Below, piece by piece: positions 48,998 through 59,210 of a stretch of 64,000 nucleotides of DNA (position 1 is the stretch's first letter; each line of letters begins with the position of its first letter). The DNA comes from an uncultured delta proteobacterium. GTDB taxonomy: Bacteria; Myxococcota; UBA727; VGSZ01. The translations under genes and the position numbers were made by a program. The stretch spans positions 480,001-544,000 of the forward strand of contig CAVZJB010000016.1 of the NCBI GenBank assembly GCA_963775425.1. The letters are read 5' to 3'. The notes beneath the pieces are model-generated. The model searched no databases. It saw only the letters and a list, made by a program, of their open reading frames with translations, and was not told where the DNA came from.

Positions 48998-50383
48998 ATG
49001 TCGCGTTCAGACCGCCCCGAGCCCTTCCGCGCCATGATCGAGCAGGCGCTCGAGGCGGAGGCTCCGCGCCCGCCGCAGGCGGCCCGTGCGGTGGCGGCGC
49101 CGCCGCGACGGCTGGACGCCGCGCTCGATCGTCGGCTCGACCAGGTCGCGCTCGCGGGCGTCACCCCTGCCCACGGCATGCGCGCCCGCCGCGAGCTGCC
49201 CGCCGCCGTGTCCTCACCGCCGCCGCTCGTGCATGCCCCCGCAGACGCCCTCGCCTCCGAGATGCAGGCCCAGACCAAGAAGATCGATCGGGGAAACGCG
49301 CTCGACGCGATGATCCTCGACGCCATGGCCGCCGCGGAGGCCACCCGCGAGATGCCGCCGCAGTCGCTGCCGGAGCCGCCCAGGCCGCCGCCCAAGCTCG
49401 TCGCCATGCCGGAGCTTTCGGACCCCGCGCGCTTCGCCCATGACCACGCGCCGCGGCCGGTGACGCTCACGGGGAAAAAGCCGCTGCCGCGTCCGCCCCC
49501 CCTGCCCCCGCGCCCCAGGCCGAAGCCGGTGGCCATCGCGCCGGTGCCGAAGCTGATGACCGTCCTCGACGAGGTCACCATGCCGGGGTCGTCGTCGTCG
49601 TCGAGCGGCAGGCTCCGCAGCAGCGACATGTACCGCCTGCAGCTCGAGTTCGAGGACACGCCGGCGCGTCCCCTGCCGGCGCTCGCGTCCCTCGTGCCGA
49701 TGCCCGTCGTCAACGCCGGCGCGCCCCCGCCCGGGGAGTCGCCCGGGCTCGCCGACCCGATCGAAGAAGGCGGCTTTCACCGGTCGCCTTTCGGGCTCGA
49801 CGGCGTCGAGAGCACCGACCTGAACGACCTCGAGCAGCTCGAGGGCATCCAGGACCTCGACGCTCTCGCGCACGCCCTCGGCCTGCGCAGCGTCGTCGAC
49901 GTCTCCATCCCCTCCGATGAGGGGAAGCCCGTCGTCGATGACTACGCCATCCCCAAGAACGTCAGCGCCATTCGCCGCGCCGCCGTCCTCAAAGCGCTCG
50001 GCGAGGACGAAGGCGAGGCGCTCCCCGTCGAGCGGCCCAAGCTCAAGGCCCGCGGCGCCGCCGCCGTGCCCGTCATCGTGCGCATCCCGTCGCGGCCGAA
50101 GGTCACGGTCGTCGCGCGTGAGCGCGCGCGCAAGCTCTACATGAAGGCGGTCGATGCGCTCGGCGCCGGCGACCGCGCCGCGGCTGTCAGCCACCTGAAG
50201 CTCGCCATCGACTACGACGACGGCGTGCAGCTCTACAAAGACCTCCTCGTGCAGCTCGAGCGCACCACCCGCTCGGGCGAGGCCGTCACCACCGAGGAGA
50301 GCGCGCCCGCGCTCATGGTGATGAAGTCGTCGGGCCGGCTCACCCCCGCCCGCGCCGAGTGGCAGAGCGACCCGCAGCGCTGA
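48998..50383 (+). CDS. Pro-rich hypothetical protein with C-terminal TPR-like helices
   Basis: Long GC3-biased ORF; ARKLYMKA...HLKLAIDYD. Confidence 0.65.
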   Translation: MSRSDRPEPFRAMIEQALEAEAPRPPQAARAVAAPPRRLDAALDRRLDQVALAGVTPAHGMRARRELPAAVSSPPPLVHAPADALASEMQAQTKKIDRGNALDAMILDAMAAAEATREMPPQSLPEPPRPPPKLVAMPELSDPARFAHDHAPRPVTLTGKKPLPRPPPLPPRPRPKPVAIAPVPKLMTVLDEVTMPGSSSSSSGRLRSSDMYRLQLEFEDTPARPLPALASLVPMPVVNAGAPPPGESPGLADPIEEGGFHRSPFGLDGVESTDLNDLEQLEGIQDLDALAHALGLRSVVDVSIPSDEGKPVVDDYAIPKNVSAIRRAAVLKALGEDEGEALPVERPKLKARGAAAVPVIVRIPSRPKVTVVARERARKLYMKAVDALGAGDRAAAVSHLKLAIDYDDGVQLYKDLLVQLERTTRSGEAVTTEESAPALMVMKSSGRLTPARAEWQSDPQR

Positions 50384-50392
50384 CGACAGGAT

Positions 50393-51688
50393 CTACGAAA
50401 GCACGCGCGCGAAGATGGTGTCGACGTGCTGCAGCTGCGACTCCAGCGAGCACAGCGCGTCGATGGCGGCGTCGTCGAGATGCTTCTTCACGTCCGGGTC
50501 CGCCTTCAGACGGTCGCGGAACGAGCCGCCGCCGAGCGCGCAGCGCTGGACCCAACCGTAGGCCTCCTGGCGCATGACGCCCTTTTCGACGAGGGCCAAC
50601 AACACCCCGCCGGAGGAGACGAGGTCGCCGGCGGCGTCGAGGTTCCGCTTCATTGCGTCGACGTCGACGACGAGACCCTCGAGCATCCCGCCCATGCGCC
50701 GCAGCGCGAAGTGCAGCACCGTGGTGGCGTCGGGCGCGATCACGCGCTCCACCGACGAGTGCGAGATGTCGCGCTCGTGCCACAAGACGATGTCTTCGAG
50801 GCCGGCGCCCGCGTACGCGCGCAGGAGGCGCGCGAGGCCGGTGACGTTCTCGCTCAAGATGGGGTTCTTCTTGTGCGGCATCGCCGAGCTGCCGCGCTGC
50901 CCCTTGCCGAAAGGCTCGAAGGCCTCGCGCACCTCGGTGCGCTGCAGGTGCCGCACCTCGACGGCGATGCGCTCGATGCCGCCACCGATGACGGCGAGCG
51001 TCGAAAAGAGCATCGCGTGCCGGTCGCGCGGCACCACCTGCGTGGCGACGGGCTCCACGCGCAGGCCCAGGGCGTCGACCGTGTGCCGTTCGATCTCGGG
51101 CGGGATGTTGCCGTAGTTGCCGACCGCGCCGGAGAGCTTGCCGGAGCGCACCTCGTCGAGCGCCGCCACCAGGCGCGCGCGGCCGCGCGAGAGCTCCGCG
51201 TAGAAGCCGAGGAGCTTGAGGCCGAACGTGGTGGGCTCGGCGGCCTGGCCGTGCGTGCGCCCGAGGCACGGCGTCTTCTTGTGCTCTCGCGCTCGCGCCG
51301 CGAGCGTCCCGAGGAGGGCGTCGAGGGCGACGAGCAGCTCGCGCCCGGCCTCCTGCAGCAGCAGCGCGAAGGCGGTGTCGACGACGTCCGACGACGTCAT
51401 GCCGAAGTGCAGGTGGCGCGCGTCCTCACCGAGGACCTCTTCGCACGCGCTGAGAAACGCGATGACGTCGTGCTGCGTGGTTCGCTCGATCTCCGCCGCG
51501 CGCGCCGCGAGGCCTTCGTAGTCCACCGCTGCCGCGCGTTGGTGCAGGCGCGCGGACGTGCCCGCCGGCACCAGCCCGCGCGCCTCCCACGCGGCGGCGC
51601 TGGCGATCTCGACGCGCAGCCACGCCTCGAAGCGGTGCGCGTCGGACCAGATGCGGGCCATCTCCGGGGTGGTGTATCGCGGGATCAT
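50393..51688 (-). CDS. purB: Adenylosuccinate lyase
   Basis: MIPRY, HDVIAF, HFGMTSSD, GRTHG, GSSAMPHKKNP, WHERDISHSSVER. Confidence 0.97.
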   Translation of the reverse strand: MIPRYTTPEMARIWSDAHRFEAWLRVEIASAAAWEARGLVPAGTSARLHQRAAAVDYEGLAARAAEIERTTQHDVIAFLSACEEVLGEDARHLHFGMTSSDVVDTAFALLLQEAGRELLVALDALLGTLAARAREHKKTPCLGRTHGQAAEPTTFGLKLLGFYAELSRGRARLVAALDEVRSGKLSGAVGNYGNIPPEIERHTVDALGLRVEPVATQVVPRDRHAMLFSTLAVIGGGIERIAVEVRHLQRTEVREAFEPFGKGQRGSSAMPHKKNPILSENVTGLARLLRAYAGAGLEDIVLWHERDISHSSVERVIAPDATTVLHFALRRMGGMLEGLVVDVDAMKRNLDAAGDLVSSGGVLLALVEKGVMRQEAYGWVQRCALGGGSFRDRLKADPDVKKHLDDAAIDALCSLESQLQHVDTIFARVLS

Positions 51689-52647
51689 CGTCGCCTCGTG
51701 GTTGTCGTTGTCGTCGCCGCCACGGGGGACGACGCCGCAAAGAGCGAGAGCTGTCGCTCGAGCGCCGCGTGCCTGCGGCCTGCGCCAGGAGCGGACGCGG
51801 GCTCGTCGTGGGGGGCGCGGGGGCTCGTCCCCTGCGGCGCGCTCTGCGGTGCCGCCGGCCGGCGGGCGCGATGCGGGCGCAGCCAGTCGGTGGGGTGGTG
51901 CTGCGGGGCGATGGACACCTCGACGTCGCAGCCGTCGACGACGGGGCGGGCGGCGCCGAGCGCGAGCGTCGGGGTGTTGTTGACCTCGGAGAGGTGCCCG
52001 AGGAGCACGCGCGAGAGCCCGTTGTGCATGGCCATCGCGAGCAGCCGCGCGCCGTCCTCGTTGGAGAGGTGTCCGCGCGCGGACGCGACGCGGCGTTTGA
52101 GCGACTCGGGGTACGGGCCCTTGCGCAACATGGGCTCGTCGTAGTTGTGCTCGAGCAGGAAGGCGTCGCACGTGGCGAGGGCGGCGGCGACGCGCTCCGA
52201 GGGCACCCCGAGATCGGTGCAGACGCCGACGCGCTCCATGCCGTCGTCGACGACGAAGCAGACCGAACCGGGCGCGTCATGGGGCGTGGCGACGGGGAGC
52301 ACCTCGAGCCCACCGACCTTGAAGCGCTGTTGGCTGGCGATGGGGACGTGGTTTTTCAGCCCGCCGAAGCCCGCGCAGAAGCGCTTGGTCTCCTCGGTGG
52401 CGTACGTCGGGATGCCGAGGGCGCCCGCGATCTGCTTGGCGCCCTTCATGTGGTCGCCGTGGCCGTGGGTGAGCAGGATGCCGTCGAGCGCGCGCAGCTC
52501 GATGCCGAGGTGCTGAAGCCGGCGGCGGGTCTCGCGCGGGCTGTAGCCGGCGTCGATGAGGACGGTGACGCCGCCGCCCTCGACGACGAGAGCGTTCCCC
52601 TTGCTGCCGCTGCCGAGGACGGAGAAGCGCACGCCGCTACCTACCAC
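51685..52647 (-). CDS. MBL-fold hydrolase (YycJ/WalJ-like)
   Basis: LGSGSKGN, THGHGDH, PHDA, TDLG, GHLSN, HLSEVNN; ATGA overlap with purB. Confidence 0.9.
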   Translation of the reverse strand: MVGSGVRFSVLGSGSKGNALVVEGGGVTVLIDAGYSPRETRRRLQHLGIELRALDGILLTHGHGDHMKGAKQIAGALGIPTYATEETKRFCAGFGGLKNHVPIASQQRFKVGGLEVLPVATPHDAPGSVCFVVDDGMERVGVCTDLGVPSERVAAALATCDAFLLEHNYDEPMLRKGPYPESLKRRVASARGHLSNEDGARLLAMAMHNGLSRVLLGHLSEVNNTPTLALGAARPVVDGCDVEVSIAPQHHPTDWLRPHRARRPAAPQSAPQGTSPRAPHDEPASAPGAGRRHAALERQLSLFAASSPVAATTTTTTRRR

Positions 52648-52686
52648 ACCGCGATCGCGCGCGCGCCCTGTGTGCGCGCGGTCAGG

Positions 52687-55600
52687 TCAGTGCGGGTCGG
52701 CGCAGCAGCGGAAGCCGACGTTCTTGAGCTGGCCGCGGGGCGGGACCCAACGGGCGGCGCAGCGCGAGGAGAAGTCGGGGCGGTCGGCGGCGCCGCCCTT
52801 GGTGATCTTGTTGCCGTTCACCGAGTCGAGCACCCACTCGTTGGCGTTGCCGGACAGCTCGAAGACGCGGAACGGCGAGCGGCAATGCTTGTAGGACACG
52901 GCCGGCGCCAACGGGCGCGCCTTGCCCTGGGCGTCCTCGGTGTTGCACGTGTCGACGTTGTACGTGTTGCCGTACGGGAAGCGCGAGCCCGACGGCCCCT
53001 TGCACGCGCGCTCCCACTCCTTCTCCGTGCACAGCCTGCGGCCGATGCGCTCGCAGGCGTTCTTCGCCGCGCCCCAGGACACGCCGACCGTGGGCAGCGC
53101 GTCCTTGCCGTTGGGCTGCTCGTAGTAGTCCATGCAGAAGGGCTTCACGTCGACCTTGGTGTCGACGGCCTCGCCGAAGTTGCGCATGGGATCGCCCCGC
53201 GCGCTGCCGAGCGAGAACGTCCCGCCCTGCACGAACGCCATGCCGCGCGGACACGTCCCGCGCACCGCCGTCGCCACCACCGGCGCCGTGGGCTGCGTAC
53301 CCTCGTCGCCGCTCGTGCTGTCGCCCTCGTCGGGCGTCGCGTCGTGGTGGTCCACCTCGACGGGCGCGTGGTCGGCCACCGCGTGGTCCGGCGGCGTGGT
53401 GTGGTCGCTCGGCGGGGCGGTGTGGTCTTGCGGCGGGGTGTGGTCCGGCGGCGTGACGTGCTCGCCCTGCGCCGTGTCCCCCTGCGTGTCCCCCTGCGCC
53501 GTGTCCGGCGCGTGCTCGGGCGCCGCGACGTCCGCGACGGCGACGGCGCCCGCGTCCGGCGTCGCCTCGCCCTCGTGGGCGGCGTCGTCCATGGGCGGCG
53601 GCGTGAGCCGGACGTCGGCGCCGGCGTCTGCGGCGGGGCTCACGAGCACCTGGTCGCGCGGCTTGTCCTCGTGCGGCAACACGAAGCGCCACACCACGAT
53701 GGCGGCGGCGATGGCCACGACGCCGATGATGGCGGCGGCGGCGAGCCCGCTCGAGCTCTGGCCCGGGCGGCGCGGCGGCGCCACGGGGCGCAGCACCGGC
53801 GGCGGCGCGATCACCGGCGGCGGCAGCGGCTCGGCGCGGTGCAAGCCCGGCGAGCTGCGCTCCTTGGCCGCGCGCAGCACCTCGGCCGACAAGGTCTCCT
53901 GCAGCGAGTCGTCGTCGGCGATGGGCGGCGGCCGGTCTGGTCCGGCGGGCGGGAGCGACCGCGCTCGATCGGACTTGCGCTCGCGCACCTTGTCCGTCCG
54001 CTCGGAGGCGACGTTGCCCGTCTTCACCGGCGACTTGCGCTCACGCTCGGCCGCCTCGGCGTCGGCCTCGTGCTGCGCGCGCACCTCGTCGTCCATCAGC
54101 TCGGGCGGGTGCAGCTTGAGCGCGGTGAGCGCGTCGTGGATCTCGCCACCGTCCTTGCCGGCGTCGCTGCGCTTCAGTTGGGGGAGGCGCTCGTCGGTCC
54201 GCTCGTCCTCGTCGTCGAGCGCGTCATCGTCGTCGCCGGGGAGGCGCACGCGCTGATCGAGGCTGTTGTCGACGGGGTCCTCGGGCAGCGGCGGGGGGAT
54301 GAGCCCTTCGTCCTTCTCGTCGGCATACAGCGCCTCGACGAGCTTGTCGGGATCCGGCGGCAGCTCGCCGGAGGCGAGCAGGCCGTTGGTCTCGCGCGGC
54401 GGCTCGACCACCATCTCCTTCGGCAAGGGCGCGCCGCGCGGCGCGGTCTCCATGTCGGAGCCGGCGCCGCCCTCGTCGAGGGTGTCGTCGGGGTTCTGGC
54501 CGGCGCCCATCAGCCGGCGGGCGGCCTCGGCGAGCACGTCGGGCGGCGCCTCGGTGACGCCGCTTTGCAGCAGCAGCACCTGGCTCTGGCCAATCTCGAG
54601 GATCTCGCTCGGCTCGCGGAGGTCCTCGATGCCGTCGGGCAGCGGCGGCGGCCCGGGATCGTCCGACGACAACATCGGCGGCGGCCCGCGCATGGGCCCG
54701 GTGTCGTCGGCGGGCGGCGGCGCCGGCGGCTGCGTGGTGGGCAACTGCGCGCTCGCGGCTTGCGCCCCATGCGGCGGGTGACGCGGGTTCGGCAACGTCT
54801 GCGCCCCCGACAGCAGCGGCGCCGGCGGCTTGGCGGGCGGCGGCAGCGGGCCGGTCATCGCGCCGAGCGCGGCCTCGAGGTCGCGCGCCAGATCGGCGCC
54901 GCGCTGGAAGCGCCCGTCGGGGTGCTCGGTGACCGCCTTGCGCACGAGCCCGTCGAGCTTGGTCGGGAGCTGCTCGAGCGCCGCGGTCATCGCGCGCGTG
55001 TAGTGCCCCTCGAACACCATCCCCGTGAGCATCTCGGCGAGGATGACGCCGAGCGCGTAGAGGTCGGCGCGGCCGTCGATGCTCTGGGCCTCCACGCGCA
55101 GCTCCGGCGCGATGTACGGGAAGCCCTTGCTGCGCGACTTGGCGATGCCGAGGAACGGCTTGAGCGGCAGCGCCTTGACGAGGTTGAAGTCGGTGACCTT
55201 CAACAGGTCGGGGAGGATGATGATGTTCTCGGGCTTGAGATCGCCGTGCCACGTCGACTTGTGCGCGTAGTCGAGGGCGGCGCCGAGCTGGTGGAAGATG
55301 GGGACGAGCTCCTCGGCGGTGAAGGGCTGCCCCTTCTCGTGCCGCAGCCGGATGATCTTCCTGAGCGTGAGCCCCTCGAGGAGCTTCATGGTGAAGAAGC
55401 GCCGGGTGCCCTCGTGGCCCTCGTCGTAGATGCGCACGATGTTCGGGTGCTGCAGCTTGCGCGCGCCCTTGATCTGCTTGCTGAAGTTCTTCTGCTCCTC
55501 CTCGGTCTGCAGGAGGTTCGGCGTGATGCCCTTCAGCGCGATGTCGACGTCGATCTCGAGGTCACGCGCGCGGTACACGGCGCCGACGCCGCCCTGCCCG

Positions 55601-55791
55601 AGGAGCTCACCGATGCGGTAGCGGCCGGCCACCGTCTCGCCGGGCACGAAGATCGCGGCGGGGGTGCTGGTCTTGGACTCGCGGCGCGGCGGCCCGACGA
55701 CGTTGCCGCTCTCGTCGATGAACCCCTGCCCGCAGACGGTGCACTTCTGCGCGTTCTCGGGGTTGTACGAGCCACAGCGGAAACAGAGCAT
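52687..55791 (-). CDS. Membrane Ser/Thr protein kinase with zinc ribbon and extracytoplasmic FGE-sulfatase domain
   Basis: CFRC..CTVC, GQGGVG, IALK, HGDLKPEN, DFN, YIAPE, TM, RLCTEKEWERAC, GNANEW, GFRCC. Confidence 0.9.
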   Translation of the reverse strand: MLCFRCGSYNPENAQKCTVCGQGFIDESGNVVGPPRRESKTSTPAAIFVPGETVAGRYRIGELLGQGGVGAVYRARDLEIDVDIALKGITPNLLQTEEEQKNFSKQIKGARKLQHPNIVRIYDEGHEGTRRFFTMKLLEGLTLRKIIRLRHEKGQPFTAEELVPIFHQLGAALDYAHKSTWHGDLKPENIIILPDLLKVTDFNLVKALPLKPFLGIAKSRSKGFPYIAPELRVEAQSIDGRADLYALGVILAEMLTGMVFEGHYTRAMTAALEQLPTKLDGLVRKAVTEHPDGRFQRGADLARDLEAALGAMTGPLPPPAKPPAPLLSGAQTLPNPRHPPHGAQAASAQLPTTQPPAPPPADDTGPMRGPPPMLSSDDPGPPPLPDGIEDLREPSEILEIGQSQVLLLQSGVTEAPPDVLAEAARRLMGAGQNPDDTLDEGGAGSDMETAPRGAPLPKEMVVEPPRETNGLLASGELPPDPDKLVEALYADEKDEGLIPPPLPEDPVDNSLDQRVRLPGDDDDALDDEDERTDERLPQLKRSDAGKDGGEIHDALTALKLHPPELMDDEVRAQHEADAEAAERERKSPVKTGNVASERTDKVRERKSDRARSLPPAGPDRPPPIADDDSLQETLSAEVLRAAKERSSPGLHRAEPLPPPVIAPPPVLRPVAPPRRPGQSSSGLAAAAIIGVVAIAAAIVVWRFVLPHEDKPRDQVLVSPAADAGADVRLTPPPMDDAAHEGEATPDAGAVAVADVAAPEHAPDTAQGDTQGDTAQGEHVTPPDHTPPQDHTAPPSDHTTPPDHAVADHAPVEVDHHDATPDEGDSTSGDEGTQPTAPVVATAVRGTCPRGMAFVQGGTFSLGSARGDPMRNFGEAVDTKVDVKPFCMDYYEQPNGKDALPTVGVSWGAAKNACERIGRRLCTEKEWERACKGPSGSRFPYGNTYNVDTCNTEDAQGKARPLAPAVSYKHCRSPFRVFELSGNANEWVLDSVNGNKITKGGAADRPDFSSRCAARWVPPRGQLKNVGFRCCADPH

Positions 55792-55892
55792 CGGATCCTT
55801 GGCTTCTACCCTCTCATGGCGAGAGGTAAATCCCCGTCGTCGTCAGCGGCCCTGATGTCGGACCTTGGCCTACACCCGGCCTCAAAGCCCGC

Positions 55893-56351
55893 TCACGAGC
55901 CCGTGGAGCCGAACCCTCCATCGCGGCGCGCGGTGTCGTCGAGGGCGGCGACGACCTCGACCGCGGCGGGCGCCACCGCGGCCACCACGAGCTGGGCGAT
56001 GCGCATGCCGCGCTCGACGACGAACGGGACGTCGCCGTGGTTGATGAGGATGACCTTCACCTCGCCGCGGTAGTCCGCGTCGATGGTGCCCGGGCTGTTC
56101 AGGCAGGTGACGCCATGCTTGAGGGCGAGGCCCGAGCGCGGCCGCACCTGCGCCTCGAAGCCGTCGGGCACGGCGACGGCGACGCCGGTGGGCACGAGCG
56201 CGCGCGCACCGGGCGCGAGCGTCGCGGGCGCGGCGGCGACGAGGTCGAGCCCGGCGGCGCCGGCCGTGGCGCGACGGGGCAGCAGGAGCTCGCGGGCGGC
56301 GGCGTCGCTCCTGGCGGCGTCGTCGACGAAGGCGATGCGGAGCGTGGTCAC
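55893..56351 (-). CDS. dut: dUTP diphosphatase
   Basis: [37 protein letters not shown]. Confidence 0.96.
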   Translation of the reverse strand: MTTLRIAFVDDAARSDAAARELLLPRRATAGAAGLDLVAAAPATLAPGARALVPTGVAVAVPDGFEAQVRPRSGLALKHGVTCLNSPGTIDADYRGEVKVILINHGDVPFVVERGMRIAQLVVAAVAPAAVEVVAALDDTARRDGGFGSTGS

Positions 56352-57379
56352 GGGCGCACCATACCCAATCGCTCGCCCGGCACAGCCGGCGATCCCGCCG
56401 CCGTCGGCGGCGAGACGCAGCGGGCGCTCGCGCGCACGGCGAACGGCACGTCGGTGATCCGCGCCGCGACGAGCTCCTTGCCCTCGTCGCGGTACGCGTA
56501 GCGCTCGCCGGCGGCCCCCGTGTAGCAGGGCGGGAAGTGCATCGAGAGCCCGCGCACCGGTTCGACGGGCGCCGCGTGGACCCGGGCCGCGGCGGCGACG
56601 GGAGCGGCGACGGGAGCGGCGCGGCGAGCGGCGGGCCGCGACGACCACGGGTGTGACAGGACGAGGACGCCGACGGCGATGACGAGGGTGACGACGAGCG
56701 CGCCCAGCAGCGACGGCGACGTCTTGGTTTGCGCGGGGGCCTCGCCCCAGCTCGACGTCGAGATCGCGGGCGGCTCCGGCTCGTGCACCACGGCGAACGG
56801 CCGGTGGCCGGTGAACGGGAGCAGGCCGAGGCAGCCGACGGTGGCGACGGCCATGAAGGACACGGCGGCGGCGGCGTCGACCAGCGACGGCGCGACGACG
56901 CCGGCGAGGGCCATCTCGGCGGCGGCCGCGGCGGCGACGCTCAACAGCCCCGCGACCAGCGCGACGCCGACGATGTTGCCGGGCCGGAGCTCGGTGTCCT
57001 CGCGCCGATGCCACGCGAACGCCACCTGGATGGCGCGCGCGCCGACCGCGAGCGTGGCGAGGTCGGCCCACGGCACATGGCCGTGGGACAGCGTGACCAG
57101 CGCGTCGCCGGCGGAGACGACGACGAGGGTGACGGCGAGCGCCCGGCTCTTTCGGCGCGGCAGGAAGAGCGCCGCCAGCGCGCGCAGCGCGGCGTTCGGG
57201 ATCTCCTGGGCGACGGCGTCGACGCCAGCGTGACCCGCGAGCCGCGCGAGCACGAACGCGAGCGCGAGTCCGGCGGCGGTCACGAGCCAGAGGGCGCGAG
57301 CGACGACGACGAGATCGAGCTCGAGGCGCTCGCCGGTGCGCTGTTTTACGGGCGGGTCGCCCTCGGGCGGCGCGCTCAC
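56348..57379 (-). CDS. Hypothetical multi-TM membrane protein
   Basis: ~7 hydrophobic segments; GTGA overlaps at both ends. Confidence 0.6.
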   Translation of the reverse strand: MSAPPEGDPPVKQRTGERLELDLVVVARALWLVTAAGLALAFVLARLAGHAGVDAVAQEIPNAALRALAALFLPRRKSRALAVTLVVVSAGDALVTLSHGHVPWADLATLAVGARAIQVAFAWHRREDTELRPGNIVGVALVAGLLSVAAAAAAEMALAGVVAPSLVDAAAAVSFMAVATVGCLGLLPFTGHRPFAVVHEPEPPAISTSSWGEAPAQTKTSPSLLGALVVTLVIAVGVLVLSHPWSSRPAARRAAPVAAPVAAAARVHAAPVEPVRGLSMHFPPCYTGAAGERYAYRDEGKELVAARITDVPFAVRASARCVSPPTAAGSPAVPGERLGMVRP

Positions 57380-58557
57380 GGCGGATCGTGACCCGCCTTG
57401 GCGCCGTCTCCGGGCGCGGCAGGGTCGGAGGGCGTAACGACGGTGGCCTCGGCGGCGGCGCCCTTGCCCTTCCAGAAGCCGGCGGCGCCGCAGGACGGGC
57501 AAAAGAAGCCGTCGGTCTCGGGGTCGAGCGCGTCGTAGGGGACGTTCTTGCCGCACGAAGGGCAGCGGACGTCGGTGATGCGCCGGCGGCGCATCGGCAC
57601 GATCACCCAGGCGAAGAGCGCGACGAGCGCGGCGCCGCCGACGGCGGTGCCCATGATCGCGACCGCGACCGTCTTGAGCGGCGGGCCCTTGTGATCGTCC
57701 ATGCCCGGCACCGGGAACGGGTCCTCGATGCGGGAGCGGTCGGCGCTCGCGGGGATGCCCGTGCGCGTGAGGTCGGTGGCGCCGGTGCCGTCGGAGTCGA
57801 CCTTCCACGGCTCGCCGACGCCGAACGACGCCGACACCGGCTTCACGGTGATGTGCGTGGGCTTGTTGGGCGCGAACGCGAGCCCCTGGTCACACACCTC
57901 GACGCGCCCGAGGCCGAAGACGCCCGCGTAGCGCGCGTCGACGACGGCGGAGCGCCCGGTGTGCGCGTCCTCGACGAGGAACGCCTCGGGCTCCGGCGAG
58001 CCGGGCGCGGTCTCGAAGGCGATGCGGTGCGTGAGCCACGTCCCGCACCCGGGCCGCTCGCGCGCCTCGAGGGGCGCGAGCCACAGCGCGGTGAGCACCG
58101 GCGGCCCCGCGCTCGGCGACGCCGGGCCTTTCGTCGACGACTCCCGCGCCGGCGCCCCCGACGGGCCCGGCGCCCGCGGCGCGGGCGGCTCGCTCGTGAC
58201 GGCGACGGCGTCGCGCGGGAGCTTGTCGCTCTTTCGCAGGATGCCGAGGTACGCGCGCTCCGGCATGGCGCCCGTGGCGCTGACCTTCACGAAGCGGCTG
58301 GGGCTCGCGCCCTGGTCGCCGAAGACGTCGAACGACACGGGGGCGTCGTCGACCGGCGTGAGCGTCTGCTTTTTGACCGCGTCCTGCTGGAACAGCTCGA
58401 GCTGCGCGTCGTCGTGCAGCCACGCCGTCACCGTGTGGTCGCCGGCGAGCTGCGCGGGCCCGCGCTCGAGGATGCGCGCCGTGGGGCAGCCGCAGACCAC
58501 TCGCGGCGGCGGGCTCGCCGCGACGGCGAGGGCCGCGCCGAGCAGCGCGGCGATCAT
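57376..58557 (-). CDS. Single-pass membrane protein with C-terminal zinc ribbon
   Basis: Signal [14 protein letters not shown], periplasmic domain, TM, RRRR, CPSCG...FCPSCG; TGATG overlap. Confidence 0.7.
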   Translation of the reverse strand: MIAALLGAALAVAASPPPRVVCGCPTARILERGPAQLAGDHTVTAWLHDDAQLELFQQDAVKKQTLTPVDDAPVSFDVFGDQGASPSRFVKVSATGAMPERAYLGILRKSDKLPRDAVAVTSEPPAPRAPGPSGAPARESSTKGPASPSAGPPVLTALWLAPLEARERPGCGTWLTHRIAFETAPGSPEPEAFLVEDAHTGRSAVVDARYAGVFGLGRVEVCDQGLAFAPNKPTHITVKPVSASFGVGEPWKVDSDGTGATDLTRTGIPASADRSRIEDPFPVPGMDDHKGPPLKTVAVAIMGTAVGGAALVALFAWVIVPMRRRRITDVRCPSCGKNVPYDALDPETDGFFCPSCGAAGFWKGKGAAAEATVVTPSDPAAPGDGAKAGHDPP

Positions 58558-59159
58558 CACCGGAGCACCCTCGCCTGGGCGGCCTTGCCTTTGCCCGTCA
58601 CCGCGACGCTGCACGCGGCGCCGCACATCGGGCAGAACATCTGGTGCCCGCTCTTGTCGTCGACGGGGATGGGCAACGGCGCCTCGCACGACGGGCACGG
58701 CACCTCGAGGATCACGCGGCGCTTCAGGCGCGAGACCGCCGCCAACGCCGCGGCGCCGAGGAAGATGGCGCCGAGCCCGCCCACGGCCGCCATCGGCATC
58801 ACCAGGGCGAGCATCTGGTCCTCGTCGGAGACGTGCAACGAGCGCGGCGTCCGCATGTCCTTCCACCGGCCGTCGGCGCCGGGGGCGTAGACGGCGACGC
58901 CCTGGTCGCAGACGTGCTCGTCCCAGGTCTCCCCGTAGCCCACCTTGTGCTGCTGGGCCTCGTCGAGCTCCTCGAAGAACGCCGCGTTCGTGCCGTCGCA
59001 GCGGATGTCCACGGGATCGCTCGCGCCCGCCGGGGCGGCTTTGTCAGGCGCGGCCGCTCCCTCCGGCCGCTGATCAGCGACCGGGCGCGCGCTCTTGGCC
59101 GTTTCACCGGCCCATGCGCCCGGGGCCGCCAGGAGGGTCAGGACGAAAAGCGCGCGCAT
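58557..59159 (-). CDS. Small single-pass membrane protein with C-terminal zinc ribbon
   Basis: Signal MRALFVLTLLAAPGAWA, TM, RLKRR, CPSCE...FCPMCG. Confidence 0.7.
   Translation of the reverse strand: MRALFVLTLLAAPGAWAGETAKSARPVADQRPEGAAAPDKAAPAGASDPVDIRCDGTNAAFFEELDEAQQHKVGYGETWDEHVCDQGVAVYAPGADGRWKDMRTPRSLHVSDEDQMLALVMPMAAVGGLGAIFLGAAALAAVSRLKRRVILEVPCPSCEAPLPIPVDDKSGHQMFCPMCGAACSVAVTGKGKAAQARVLR
59048..59084. repeat. Dispersed copy of the 25.2-kb array unit
   Basis: Reverse complement of 59048-59075 matches 25156-25183 at 27/28; 59072-59084 matches GATCAGCGACCGG on the + strand. Confidence 0.8.
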
Positions 59160-59210
59160 TCGGGCCACCTTAGCAAACCGACACCGCCGCGACGGGGTTA
59201 GTTTCCGCGC

